A stretch of DNA of 59,495 nt, filler included, from Intoshia linei (lineage: Eukaryota; Animalia; Orthonectida): assembly GCA_001642005.1 (NCBI GenBank). It is 5 parts of 5 records of this genome, joined end to end, with 100 filler letters (N's around TTAATTAATTAA, not from the genome) between each part and the next. Parts side by side here need not be neighbours in the genome. Positions count along the whole stretch, not along the records: positions 26,213 to 42,067 come from LWCA01000895.1; 4 more parts are not named here. One strand, written 5' to 3'. A program made the position numbers and the translations under genes. Position 1 is the stretch's first letter, and each line of letters begins with the position of its first letter. Shown here piece after piece: positions 28,070-42,167 of this stretch. The notes under the pieces were generated by a model that searched no databases, was not told the DNA's origin, and was given only the letters and a program-made list of their open reading frames with translations.

Positions 28070-29202
28070 GATTTAACTCGTAGTAATTGTTACTTATCAA
28101 TAAATATTACTTAATTACACTGTGATCACGATTTGGCGAATAGTGGAGGCTTCATGGTTTATTCATTGTTCATTAGGAAAGTTTTTTCTGATCTATTAAA
28201 AAAAATTCGAAATTTTGAATTTCAAACTATTTTGTTCTTATTATAGCAAGATTTTTAAAATTTTCTCACGCGTAGTCATTTAATAATAACTGGAGCCACA
28301 TGAAAAAATTTTGAGTTGTTTGAAATTAAAATTGTAGGATCAATATTTACATTTTCAATTTTTATTTGTTAATCAAAATATTTGAAAAATATTGATAGAT
28401 AATACATTAAAAATTATTTTTCACTGGGAATGCGTAGATTTCTGGAGTTAAAATTTTGTATTTATATCAACTGGAATAATCTCTATCAGAATATTGTTTT
28501 TTTAACTTTCGGACCATTAATTATTTCACATTTTTTGTTTTAATAAAATATTTCAGAAAAAAAATATATGAATACTAAAATGCTAAAATACTAATATTAT
28601 TCGCATTAAAAATTTTTTTATGTGTTAACAGGACACAACTGTACCACCTGTAAATTTTTTTAAATTCTAGGCCTATTTTCATAAAAAAAAGGGTAATTTG
28701 GTGTTTTGGCCCTGAAGATATAATTCTTTTAAATTTAAATTTATTATAATGTTTATGATTTTAAAATCCGTATCAGCGTATATATTTTTTTAAATTCTTT
28801 AACTTGTTTGATTTTCAAAAAAATGACAATTGGGGTTTTTGACCCGTAAGATGTGAGTTTGGGAGGTTGAAATTTATCTTATGGCATAAAAAATGTAGTT
28901 AATATCTATTAAATTTGTGATAGATACACTCACGGATAACGGGACTTTTATGTTATCTAAAAAAATTAATAATCCAAATAAAATCAATAATCCAAATAAA
29001 ATCACTTGGCTCCAACATATTGACAAAGACATGTGACATCGCGACCCGCGGTGAAAACCTTGCTGTATAATACTAATAATTCAAAAACTGTTTTAAAACT
29101 TGTAAAGTACATAAACATGATGATGTTAAATATAGTTGAATAAAGTTAGAAATAATTAATGATTTATTTATTTAAATATGATATTTACACATTGATATAA
29201 TA

Positions 29203-30798
29203 ATGACTAGTCGTTTGTCAGGTTTATTCAATAAAAACAAAAATTCGCAAAAAATTGTGGTGTACGGTTTTGAGAATAGTGGAAAAACATCATTCATAAG
29301 TAATTTCATAAAAAACGGCAAGGAAGTCAAATCAGAATCTTCGTCAATAGGTAATATAAGATGACTTTAAATTAAATTAAAGGTACTATGAATATTGATC
29401 TAAAATACGGAAATCATCATTTGAACATATGGGATATTAATGGATCACTTCAAAATTGTAATATCTGGCACCATTACTTGGTGAACGCATCAGGTACTTT
29501 ACTAGTGTTTCCCACCACTGGTCTTGGCCCCACTTATGGGGCCTGTAAATTTTCACGAATTTATTATAATTGGGAACACTTTAGATTAATGTAATATATA
29601 TATATATATTAATAATATATCTAATAATTTTGTTCAATACTAACTAAATATTTAAGAACTCGTACAAACAGCAGCTAGCTTTGCAGAGGGCCGACTTTTT
29701 AATTTTAAGATGGATTTTAAGTTTATGAGGTTGTGATGTATGATAATATTATGCTCACGACTTAAAAATATCCAGAATTTATGTTTTATAAAATGCTTTA
29801 ACTTTTTTCTTTTTTTATTTTTCAAAAAACGGATAATTTGTGGGTTTGATCATGAATTTATAAGTTTAATATAAATTAGTTAAGATTTAGGACAATATTA
29901 ATGATGTCAAAACGCGTGCCACAATTTATATTATTTTAAAATTTTAAAATTCAAGGATTGATTTTACTATTTATTTAAAAAAAGATATTTTAGGTTTTTG
30001 ATCGTAAGGACTCAATTCTGAAAATAAAATTTACTGTAAAACGTGACCTCGAAATAATGTACTGGAAGTTGTGGTTTTTTAGTTCTAAGACTCTAAGAAT
30101 TTTTTAATTAAACGGTAATACAAACACTAAGTTTTTAATTAGTATAGGATTTTCAAGTGTCATACCTAATATTAAAAAAATCTGTAATAATCGTCAGGCT
30201 CAGTGATATCATTAATTTTATAAAATAAATATGATAATTAGCTCGACATTCGAAGAATTTATATTTTATTGGACATTAGTTTTTAGAAAATAAAAAGCCA
30301 CCGAATTTATAATGATTATTTTTGGATTGACAGTTATATCAGCACCAAAAAATGAAAGTTGGGTCTTTTTTTGAAGTGGGATCTAATATAAACAAGATTG
30401 GGAAATATTTTATACATCTACACACATAATATAAATTGAAAATGTAGCCATTATATTCATCCTCGATGCATATGACCCTTTGACATGGACAGAATCTATA
30501 AAATTCTTGGAACGATTATTAAAAAAAAAAGAATCAAAACACATACCTCTGCTAATCATAGGAAGCAAACAAGTAACTTAAATAAATTTTTAAAATTTGT
30601 TCCACTTAGGACAAACTTGGTGAAAAATCTATCAATGTAAGTGGAAACGTCAACGCACAGTTAATACCATTAATGGATACCAATAGGTGGATTCAATTTT
30701 TTCTAGTATCTGCTGTCACGGGATATGGATTTAAAGAATCAGTTAAAGTCCTACTAAAAAGTATCAAATCTGAAAAAAGAAAAAGTGACTTTGTATAA
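29203..30798 (+). CDS. Atypical ARF-like small GTPase; introns 29351-29382, 29494-30447, 30573-30609
   Basis: KIVVYGFENSGKTS (G1), LNIWDINGS (G3), IWHHY, AIIFILDAYD, IPLLIIGSKQD (G4), VSAVTGYG (G5). Confidence 0.85.
29503..30410. mobile_element. Composite hAT-like insertion expanding ARL intron 2
   Basis: Ends tagtgtttccca...tgggaaata; internal repeat cgtacaaacagcagctagctttgcagagggcc has relatives near 36950, 51887 and (inverted) 55611. Confidence 0.5.
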
Positions 30799-31004
30799 TT
30801 GTATACGACATGTACATTATAATGAACATGTAATAATAAAAATTTGTTTAGAAACCGAAAGACATAGTAGCAGTATTTTATTAGTATCTATAAATTAACA
30901 AATATAACAAAATTTCAAATGATGATCAAATTATATTTACAGGTACTGTGAGGTGTCTTGATAATTACTTTCATATTTGCGTTATTTACATTTAAAACAA
31001 TAAT

Positions 31005-34000
31005 TTATTTTTTATTTTCCAAATTTTCATTTTGTGAATTAGAATTAACAGATATGAAAGTTGGTACATTAATGTTTGAACTACAACTAGTGTTGATTTC
31101 GGTTATATTTAAATAATTGGGTAAATGTTCGTCGTCAGTTTGAGGCATGCTCATTTCTTTCTGTTCGTTTTCGTCCCTAGATGTACTAGACACCTGGTTA
31201 TTTGGAGACAGTGAAAGGATGCATTCGGATTTAGAATCTTGGGGTATATTATTATCAATTTCAAAAGTTTCGTTTTCTTCGCATTTAGTAATCTGTAAAT
31301 TTATATTTTGATCCGTTTCTTTTTCTAGGTTTTCAGATGCGACATAGTCAGCTTGTAAGGTGGTGGTCTTTGTTTCGTTCCAAATATCCGAATGTTCCAT
31401 TTCTTGAGAGTCAGTAATTTCGTCGATAGGTTTACTAGTAGGGGTTTCACATTGTTCAACATCAGTTATTTCATCTTTTTTAGTATAAATTTCCGGTTTT
31501 TCAATATTTTCAGAGCTTTCAGTCATAAATTGTTCAGACAAAAATAATTCATTGTGTAAAGCCGGAAAAACAATATTTTGGCATCTTTTATGAAATTCAC
31601 ATAATGCTGATAAGTGTCTATCCGATAATGCATGAAGTTCAATTATTATTTGAGTTAATTGCACTTCTAAATTTGATATTTGTTCTGGTGACATTGTTTT
31701 GGCACATTCTATTTTCAAAGACATATGTATTTTTATTGATAAATTTTCTACCACTTGTCTGTCTTGAATACCCGTACAATCTAAAATAAAACAGTCAGCA
31801 CAGAAATAATAAATTACAAGAATGGTAATTAACCTTGACAATGTATTAGTCCGTGTCAAAGCCGAAATACCCAAAATTAAAAATTAAAAAATAAAAACAT
31901 ACTGGAATTTATCAATATAACTCCTGATACTAGGGCTAACTGCCTGTCGGATAATTTTAAAAGTCTAATTTTCGTTGCACACATAACAATATCTTTGAGT
32001 AAATTAATTTCGTCTTGATCTAAAAATTAATTATCAAAATTAAAACGTGAATAAATTACCCAAAACAGTCAAGGTATCAAAAGAAATGTAATATGATCCG
32101 ATATGAACTACTGATCCCGTACAGTCAATGATTGATGACATTTTTAAAATGGTTATTGCAAAACTAGCTCCTTTTAATAACATTATTTGGTCATCTTGAA
32201 TTAAATTCATAAATCCGGGAACCATTTTTGCAAATTCTATTATTTGTTGCAAACCGAATGTTAATCGTTCTGCCATTTCATACCATAATTTTGTATAGCT
32301 CTAATAATGATAATTAGAAATTAAAAATTAATAAGTCGTTTTTTCCAAAAATAATAATTTAATAATTTCACTAGCTTTGGTCCCCCTATGCTTTATTTTA
32401 TAATAAAAATTGGAAAAAACTTTTATTAATGAATTATAATGCAACATCAATATGAAAAAGATTACCATCATTTGGACGGTTTCAGATACATCTCGGTTAT
32501 CATTATTCAAGTTGACATACAACTCAGTTTCTACCAAGTTGGTTCTTACGTAAGCATCGTCTATTGCTTCCGTCAATACATCTAGATTTAATTTAATTTA
32601 GATCAAATTATAAAAAATCCACAGAAAAAACGTTGAGAATATTAATCTCATTATCTATAATTTAAATATTACACAAATCAATTTCCGAAACATATCGAAT
32701 AGATTGAGAAGGATTATTTTTTGAAATGTTTGGTCCATTTCCAGAATTGTTGGAAAATTGAGGTTGTGTGTATACATTGGTGTTCGAATGGGCTTCAGGT
32801 GGTTGGAACATTTGAGTATTTTGAATTTGCATATCTAAAAGAATTCAATATATGAATATACATGATAAATATTACTTTGATTACACATGGTCGGTGAAAT
32901 AACGACAGGTTTAATGTCCGAAATATTGTTTGACATGTGTGCGATTTTGTTTTCTAAAATATGAGAAGATTTAATCATATGTTGTGGTTTGTGAATGGGA
33001 GGTTGAATAGGTAGTTGCTTACGCCCGCTTTGACTTGAAATTTTATTTTGGGCAGAATCCATATTTATGGGCATTCCACTTCCATTATAATATAATTGAT
33101 TTTGTGATTGTTTATGGTGATACTGGTTAGAGTGGGCAATCAAATTTGAACCAATTTGCATATGATTCTGATATACGTGCATGTTTAAGTTGTTTTGTGG
33201 CATGCTTGTAGAATTGTTCCCATTGATGCAATCGATGGGATTCATCATCATTTGCATATTTACATTAGGGTTATAACGATTTTGCATATTTGTAGGGTTT
33301 TTAAGGTCTTCGTCCATTTCGTTGTGACCCAATGCGCCTATAAGTCGTCTTTTATGGTAGTTTGCTTCATCTTCCACACGTTCGCGTTGTTTTTTTGACA
33401 TTCTACCAAATTTTACGGCTAAAATAATAATTTTAATAATCAATAATGTGTCACGTATTCAAAAAATACATATACAAAAAAATCTCTTCTACATACATGT
33501 ATGTAGTATGATGAGAAGGTACTTCGCAACACCTTACTATACGAAACATTCCATACCATGAAATATCTGTATACATCTGAGCAGGAATTGGAATTAATTG
33601 GTAAAAATGATTGAACAATAATCAATTAATTTTTTGTTCAAAAATTATTTTTCAATTAATTGAAGATTGATAACAATATCATTATCATTTTTAAAAAACT
33701 GTCATGTGATTATAATGAATACTAGGATGCTGTTTGTTCGAAATACATAAAAGTCAAGCTAGTAGGTTAAATACATCATATTTCTGGTGACAAACGCGTT
33801 TCTATTTTTCTGAAATTGCATAGAATAATGAAAACTTGTTAATATTTTATTATACAGTGTCAAACTATTTTAGTTGCATTATATTTTATTTGCAAAATAG
33901 TATTTAGAAAATATTTTCATATTATTTTATTTCTTTCTTCGAATTTGGAAATAAAATTGTTTCTGGAAATAAATAAATCATGGTGGGACTGTGATACGCT

Positions 34001-35400
34001 ACAACAAGTGTTGACAGTGTCAACTTGACACCTTAATATTGTCATTTTTGAACTACATAAAAAAAATTAATTAATTTTTTCATTCAACCATTCGTCAATA
34101 AAAGGATTCAATTTATATTTTTTCAGTTATATGAAAAAAACCAATTAATTGAAAATTAATATTTAGCAAAAAATTAATTAGTTTATATAAAATAATTGAT
34201 TCCAATCAATTATTTTCAATCCCTGCACCTGAGTGAACAACGGTTATAATACGGAGAATTAAAGCATCAAATTTTTAATATTCTTCAAAGAAATCATAAA
34301 ATCTGTTACATAAAATGGTTATATAATGATGAGTATTATACGAGGTCTGTCCAAGCAATTGGCCCAACGTAATGAAATATTAGACAATTTTAAATTACAT
34401 CAATTCAAACTGAATTGTCGACGAGTGGTGATAATCACAAAATTTATTTAGACTTTCAAAGGGTTAAATAAAGAATTTTGATAAAATAAAATTTTGATTT
34501 TTTAATCTATTAGTGGTTGTACGACCACTGACTTAGAATTTATTATTAATATATTTATAAATCTACCATCTCGAGACATGCCTAGATTAATACATTTTTG
34601 TAATCTGCAATATTGGCAACGATTTCGGTTTATTCTATCCACAATACATTTTTTAGTTCGCGCACATTGATATGTATTTGAACCAGACTGACTTCTTCTG
34701 AAGAACCCCTGAAAAAATAATTTTAATGTAATATTTTAATTTTAATTTGTAATATTAAATGTAATATTTTAAATAATTACCTTACAACCCTCGCAGGTGA
34801 TGACACCATAGTGAACACCTGAAGATTTGTCACCACATACTTTACATGGTATAATTTCAATTTGTGCTAAAAAAATTAGATGCTATAATAGGTTTATAAT
34901 AATTTACCTTTAATAGTGCTCATTTTTGAGCTATATAGTTTGAGGTGAGTATCAAGGCTAAAAGGATATTGATAAGATACTGCGTTTTGTTTATTTTTAT
35001 AAATTTCCGACTGTGTTAATTTCTGGTTTCTACCATATGAATAATCAGAATTATAATTTAATGGGTGTGAATTTTCAGCGGAACTCATCTTATTTGCCCT
35101 ATAAGAAACACCAAACGGTTTAGGTGAATAAGAAGAATATTTTTTTGAATTATTAAAATCTGAGAATCTCGACTTTTTAGGATGTATATATTCTTTGGAT
35201 CGATTCGATTCATTTAATGAGTAAAATTCATTTCTAAACTGCTTCGATTTAACTGTGGAAGAAATAATTTGATCTAAGGATAAATCAAGTGAACCAAGTT
35301 TATCTTCGTAAACATCATCAATCGTTTCAAATATGGGAGTTTCATTAAATTCTCCATCATCAAGATATGCACTCGATAAATATTCAATATTTTGCTCCAT
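31005..35400 (-). CDS. HR3: Nuclear receptor NR1F (HR3/ROR ortholog)
   Basis: [39 protein letters not shown]...[30 protein letters not shown]; [17 protein letters not shown]...DDQIMLLKG; AF-2 FPALHNELF. More 5' exons are possible. Confidence 0.95.
33582..34225 (-). mobile_element. hAT MITE family A, copy 2 (in an HR3 intron)
   Basis: Reverse-complement match to 24382-24948; TSD catctgag/cacctgag; extra internal segment about 33790-34060. Confidence 0.85.
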
Positions 35401-37261
35401 TAAATGTGGCGATCTCAAATTGATTAAAAGAATATTTAAATTGTGAAAATTCTACACTTGCTATTACATTACGAGAATAAGAAACAAAAAAACATTTATG
35501 TAAATTATAATGTGAAAAATGAAAATAACCGAGAAAGTTTAATACATGTATTATAGTTAACTTCTCAAATACTATGTAGTTGTTAAGCTATTATGAAAAT
35601 ATGTTGATCAAAAGGATTAATCGAACTCATATGGAGATTGGAATTATTTCACTAGCATGAAAAGTGAAATGTTCCATATAGTAAATTGGGTCAAATTGTA
35701 AATATAACATGTGAGTCAGGCTTCATGAACACTAAACTGTAAAATACTACAATGTGTTCATTCAAAATAAAATTAAATTGCCAATAGATTAGTATTATTC
35801 GTCAGTAATGAGGATTAATGTAGGTCATAAAAACATTTTCAACTCTATATAGGTATGTGTACTTATAATTTATCTACATGGCACATTAATTAAATATTCA
35901 ATAAATGATCCGGTATCCCTAAGATGACAGTTGCTTTTAAACACAAAACAAGTGTTAGATTATAATATCGGATCATAACATGTGAATACATTACATTAAT
36001 AGTATATGCATAAACTAATTTTTACTGCAATATTTACGTGTAGATTCTAGTTCCGCTGTTTTACACATTTATATGCCAACACCAACAGTTTTAATCATTA
36101 AAAATATACTTTTTATTAATTAAAATTAATCATTAGAATCAAATTAACAAATCGGGATAAGATAGTAAACATAATCAATAATATCGATATAAAAACATAT
36201 AAAATAATACATTCATTTCTCCAAAACTATAATATAGTTGCAACGTTTTTAATAATAAAAGTAATTTCGTATAGTTTACGCCTGCTTGTTCATATATATT
36301 TCAACAATTTTCTAAGCAAATCCTAACAATTTTCCGGTTGCAACGTCACGTTAGAAATAGCACCAAGGAACCTGGTTTCCAAAGTAGATAAAGAAATGAG
36401 TATATTTTAAATATACATTTAAAATTTTAAGCTTCTTCAGGTTAATTCAGCTAAATTTAAGCCACAATTGGATAATAAATGCTATTAAGTTTCAACATTA
36501 AATATTTTTAACAGGATCAAAGTCAATAATAGTAGTACCTTGTCAAAATTAGCTATCATAAAATTAAATGACAATTTTGAAACAAATGAAACTCCCAAGG
36601 ATATAACAAATCAGAATTAGCAATAAAACAATTGAAGATCATAACAAAATATCAGAAAAATATATCAAATATTTAAATTGGCCTTTTTCCGTTGTGGACC
36701 ACATACATTTTAATAAAATATCAAAAAAAATTACAAAAATTTAGGCACATGTATAAAAAATATTATTTCAATAATATTTTTGTAATTTTAGAAAAAATGT
36801 AATAATTTAATAAATATCAAATATTGGTGTGACAATTACAAATTATATTTTTAATGTAGATAATAATCCGCAAAAAATGTGTAAAAGAATCAAGTATTAT
36901 TTAATGGTTACATAGATATCTTATTATTATTTTATTTACAACTAGCGTGAATGTACTTCATAAACACACATCTAGCTTGAGGGCTGACTTTTTAAATTTA
37001 AGACCAATTTTTTAATTTATTAGACAAGGAGTGTATATTCCCAAAACCAATCCAATTATAGTTTTAAGCCTAAAAAAATCGCTATGAATAACATGAAATT
37101 CCAAGAAAAATAAAATTTTAAATATCTGCACTATCAAAATCTGTTGTACATACTTTTTAAAAAAAAATGGTAATATAATAAAATATAAAAATATTATTAT
37201 AGAATTTATAATTTTATTTATTAAATTATTAAATACTAGCTTCATTGTAATGTACATTACG

Positions 37262-37546
37262 TAGGGGTCGACAACCAGTGGCCCACAGAATAATTTTAGT
37301 GGCTCTTTGAGTAGATATGTAAATTATTTATTTTTAAAATTTTGAACATTTTCTACTATAATTGGCTCATTATAATCATTTTGATTCTGAATTTTCACAT
37401 CGCCTGAATATTATTTTGTTGAATATACTAGAACCGTTTCTCTTAAGTTAAAATTGAAATGTATCGTGTAAATTTTCAAAAACCGGACATGTATAATTTT
37501 TTGATATAAAAAAATGCCTACGAAACGCATAAGGTTGCCTACCCTG
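37262..37546. mobile_element. hAT-type MITE
   Basis: Ends taggggtcgacaacc...ggttgcctaccctg; TSD not clear. Confidence 0.55.
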
Positions 37547-37796
37547 GATTAGGATGTTCACACGTATTCAAGAATACTGTGCGTGTAGTAATAATCCCTA
37601 GTGTATATTTGGTGTATTCATAAACAATATAACTACATCTAAATTTATGGACATCAAAAGTCACTATTCGAGCGGTACACCATTTTAATTATCTGCTATG
37701 AAATTGTTTATTTTTTTACTGTTGTTTATATAGATTTAATGTATTATGTTCGTTTATCATATTCGGGTGTACATTTTATTTTTTAAAATATATGAC

Positions 37797-38792
37797 CAGT
37801 GGTTCCCAATTGGGGTCACTGGACCCCTGAGATCCAAAAATATGTACTTTCGGTCCGTGAGATTAAAATTTAATATTATTATATGATATTTGATTTAAAT
37901 AATAATAATTTAAACCAATAAAATGCAGTAAACTATGCGTTATAAGAACAAAATAAAACAGTTGTAACGAATGTTATTGTAACAAATTTAATATTCTACT
38001 TTTTACATTTTAACAGTCATTTTAAATCAGTTTTTAATTGTATTTTCCTTTAATATACTCCAACATTGCGATATTGTTTGAATTGCTTCGTGTAGATTGA
38101 CAATGCAATGATTAATATCAAATGTTTCATTTTCCATATTCTGTTCTTCCATTTGAATCAATAATGAATAAATCGTTTGACTAAGCATTTCCGATATTCC
38201 TGTTTAATACATTTTATAATGCCAGCATCCAAGGGTTGGATTTTACTATTAGTATTTTTAGGGAAAAAAATTAATTTAACATTAGTTAAAACTTGCAATG
38301 ACGAATTTTAATTTGTGCTTATATCAAATTTATTTGTAGCTTATAATGAATGTGATTTTACTGTGTACGTACTATAGAAATCAAAATTTATTACTAAGCT
38401 GTTATTATAACAATGTGTTCTTATAACGCATAATTTACTGTATAATCAAATTTTATCTATTTTTGTTTAATTTTTCGAATTTTTAATATTTATTAGAAAT
38501 TTGCCAAATGCTGTGAATTTACCCTAAAGACGAAATGACGACCTCTACATTATTATTTCAAAAATTCTCTTTCCAACATTTTTTTCAAAATTCGATTTGA
38601 CCAAATCTTATGAGCAACAACTTCTTAATCCAAAACCCATAATAAAAAATCCAATTTTATCAACCTAACTTAAGGGAAAAATCACCTTTTTCCAATTTTT
38701 TATAAATGTTATATATTTCATGTTTCCTTCAGGGTCCGAAAAATAAATATTTTGAAATGGGGTCAGCAAACTATATGAATCTGGAACAACTG
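37797..38792. mobile_element. hAT Charlie-like non-autonomous element, possibly composite
   Basis: cagtggttccca...tggaacaactg followed by ttctagac (Charlie-type target). Confidence 0.6.
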
Positions 38793-38961
38793 TTCTAGAC
38801 TAATTATTTTGGGTTTCAAGTACCGCTGAATTCCATTGAAAACCATAGTATTATATTTTTCCTAAAAATTAATCTTGGTAAAATTCACCATAATGAAGAT
38901 ATAAATTCATTTAAAAAATAAAATCTAATAATAAATAAAGTCTAATGATTAGAGGTCTACA

Positions 38962-39153
38962 ATAAAGTCCTAAACATCAATAGATAGTGAATTTAACTGT
39001 TATATAGAAAATAAACTTAGATTCATGATTAATAATGTTCATTATTTTCATTTCTCTGTTTCATTTCACTGTCATTTTCATTGTTCATTATTTTTTTATA
39101 GTGAACATTAAAAAAATTCGGAACCAAATGTTGACTATCCACAAGTCTGACTG
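38962..39153 (-). mobile_element. Second copy of the PRDX6-intron MITE
   Basis: Near-identical reverse complement of 27719-27890; left TIR degraded. Confidence 0.88.
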
Positions 39154-41003
39154 TATATTAATATAAATTATACATGTACTAAATATTAATAATTCTAACT
39201 ATTCAGTAACAGCCATTAACCAAATTTAGTTCGAGAGCAAATAGAAACTTTCAAAATCTCATTACCACGATCCGAAATACAAACTTTGCATTTTGCTTCC
39301 AACCCTGTTGTAGAACTCTATTATGTTAAGTATGTACCTCCTTAAATCCGTTAAATTTCACATTATTATTACTCTTTCTTGAATCAATGTTTTTTTAAAT
39401 CTTTAAATTGTTAATTTGATAATTGCATTTTTAAAATTACACTTTATCGAGTATATCGATTTACTGATATATTAAAAACTTTAGTTGCAGCATTTATCAA
39501 AATATCAAAAATCAAATATTGTAAAAATTTAAAAATTTGGTTAAAATTAATTTTGTTTTTCAGTGTTGCACATCTTTTGAGTTAATAATTTTCAAATAAA
39601 TAAAAAATAAAAGAAATGAAACATTGTGATAAAAAAATAAATATATATTCTAATAAAAAGTAATATACTGTATGGGTTATATGATTGACGTGTTTCTATA
39701 TAGATCTAAAGATTTTGCATATAAAAGTAAAAATGACCTGCGACACTTAAAAACAAATTTTTAAGATACATGTTTGGTCAATGATCAATGATCATATTGC
39801 AATTAATACAGGTTAATTAGAGACTACAAAAAATAAGATTATTAAAATTTGATCAATTAAAACTAAATATGCATTACTTTCTTTTAATGCATAAATACTT
39901 GCAATTACTTTGGCTAGATAATATCTAATATACTATACATATGTAGTATATGTTTTTAATATAAATTTTCAAAAATTTTTATCTATCGAAATAATTCTTA
40001 TATGAATAATTATTGTAAATAATTTCACATTGAAATTTATCGATTTCCATCATCTACTAATGATTGTATGACATTGCATTTGATAAATAAAATGATACTT
40101 CAACTTTATAAATTTCATCTATAAACATTTGATCAAAAATATGCTTAGATGTTTAAATTAAGGTTATGTGTTTTTATTTTTTCTCAGGATAATTTTTAAT
40201 ATATGAATTATTTAATAACCTCAATAAATGTAATCTCAATTTCAATTTCAATCTAAATAACCAATTTATAATGTTAAAACTGACAGTATCAATTATTTAG
40301 TCTCAGTATCCGTTTAAAACTATGTAATGTATGTTTCCACCAAATGACAAATACATAAATTATACATGATTATAAATATATATTTTCACACCACATAAAC
40401 TGAAAATACATAAATAGTTTTAATTACATGTTCATTAGAAAATTACAAAAAATTTATTTAAAATGACTCATTTTAAATAAGATTAAAACAGATAAAATGG
40501 TATTTTAAATTATTTTTGAACAAAAAATAAATATGACACTAATACATAGTAACATTTATTTCATTTGTATAGCGCAGCGGTTCCCAAATGCCTGTCCATC
40601 TTTTTGATGTTTTTTTGGAAAATATGTAGAAATAAAAGCAAAAATAATAAATTACATAGCAATGCTAAAAAGGAAAGAAATGAGTTTGAGATTGAAAACC
40701 ATATTTCTATATTTCAAATTTTTATGTTGTCAATTTTTATTTTTTCGGAAATTAAATGATGAATACTTACATTTTTATTTTTAATTTTAATCCAAAAATT
40801 TGAAAAATATTGTTTGATAATATACATGTATTAATTAATATTAGTTATTTTTCATGTGTTATGTCTTATTGAAAAATAAACCCTATAAATTAAAAAAACC
40901 AATTTCTCATAGTTTTTCAAAAATGATACAGTATCGCAAATTTAGTCTTATAGGGTCAAAACCCAATTTCCCATTTTTTTTTAATAAAATCATTTGTAAA
41001 ACT

Positions 41004-41327
41004 CAGGGGTGTCAAACTCAATTTGCTTGGCGAGCCAAATGTGAAAAAAAATTATTACGCGGGCCGCACAAAAAAAATTTTAACTCAAAAAATTATGTTA
41101 AAATTAACAGATTTAATTAATTTATAATAATTTTAATTCATAAAAATAGAATAAGTGTAAAAATAATGTTAAAAATGTAAACAATAAAATAAGAATAAAT
41201 AAATCATGAAAAATATATGAAAAAATTGTAAATTAATAAATATTTGTAAAAAATTGTTATAAAAAATAAAAATTTATATTATAACGCGGGCCGTAAATGG
41301 CCCGAGGGCGCATAATTGACACCCCTG
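41004..41327. mobile_element. hAT Charlie-like MITE
   Basis: Perfect TIR caggggtgtcaa / ttgacacccctg; subterminal gcgggccg motifs; no matching TSD. Confidence 0.75.
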
Positions 41328-41626
41328 AAATTTATTAAAACTCGAAAAAAATATACTACAGTTATTCAAAATTTTATTTTTTCAGGTATTCATGTTTTCA
41401 TGACCATTTTTTAGGGTTGGAATTACAGTCAGACTCGACAATAATGAATCCTAAATGTCAGATTTTTACCAGATTCACTATTAAATATTTCTGTGATTTA
41501 ATGAACATTGAACAATGAAATGTCTAAATAATAAAGTTCATTTTATCTTATTATTATATTAAATACGATAATAATTATAATAAATTGGTATAATAGTAAC
41601 CATAAAAACTTCAACAATTTATATTT

Positions 41627-42067
41627 GGTTTCCCATTTTTTCGTAAGCCATATTAATAGAATATACGCCAAATTAAACACCAGCCGCCAAATTATTAAAA
41701 AATAAGCTAAATTTTTTATTAAAACGCCAAATTAATCAATACACGCCAATAAAAAAATAAACGTAATAAAGATCAGAAAAAGGATATTAAAAAATTAAAA
41801 TGATTACTTATACCCTTTTATATGTATTAAAATTCGTTTTAATGCTGACATGATTTATACGAATAACACGTTATTAATAAAGTATTTATTAATAACTTTA
41901 TAAATACTATAAACTTTATTTAATCACATTTCCATTTTCTTACGTGAATAATAAGACGCAGAAGCCTTCGTTGTAACTTTCTTTAATCTTCCACGCTTCT
42001 TTTTTTCATTCAAAGGCACATTAATTAGATGCAGCATATTCTTCGATTTAAGGACAAAATAAACATG
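41627..42067 (-). mobile_element. Probable MULE 3' end
   Basis: Minus translation HVYFVL...VPLNEKKKRGRLKK resembles a post-SWIM MULE tail; cgccaaatt repeats at 41666-41750. Confidence 0.5.
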
Positions 42068-42167
42068 NNNNNNNNNNNNNNNNNNNNNNNNNNNNNNNNN
42101 NNNNNNNNNNNTTAATTAATTAANNNNNNNNNNNNNNNNNNNNNNNNNNNNNNNNNNNNNNNNNNNN
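42068..42167. other. Artificial 100-nt assembly spacer
   Basis: N-TTAATTAATTAA-N. Confidence 0.95.
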
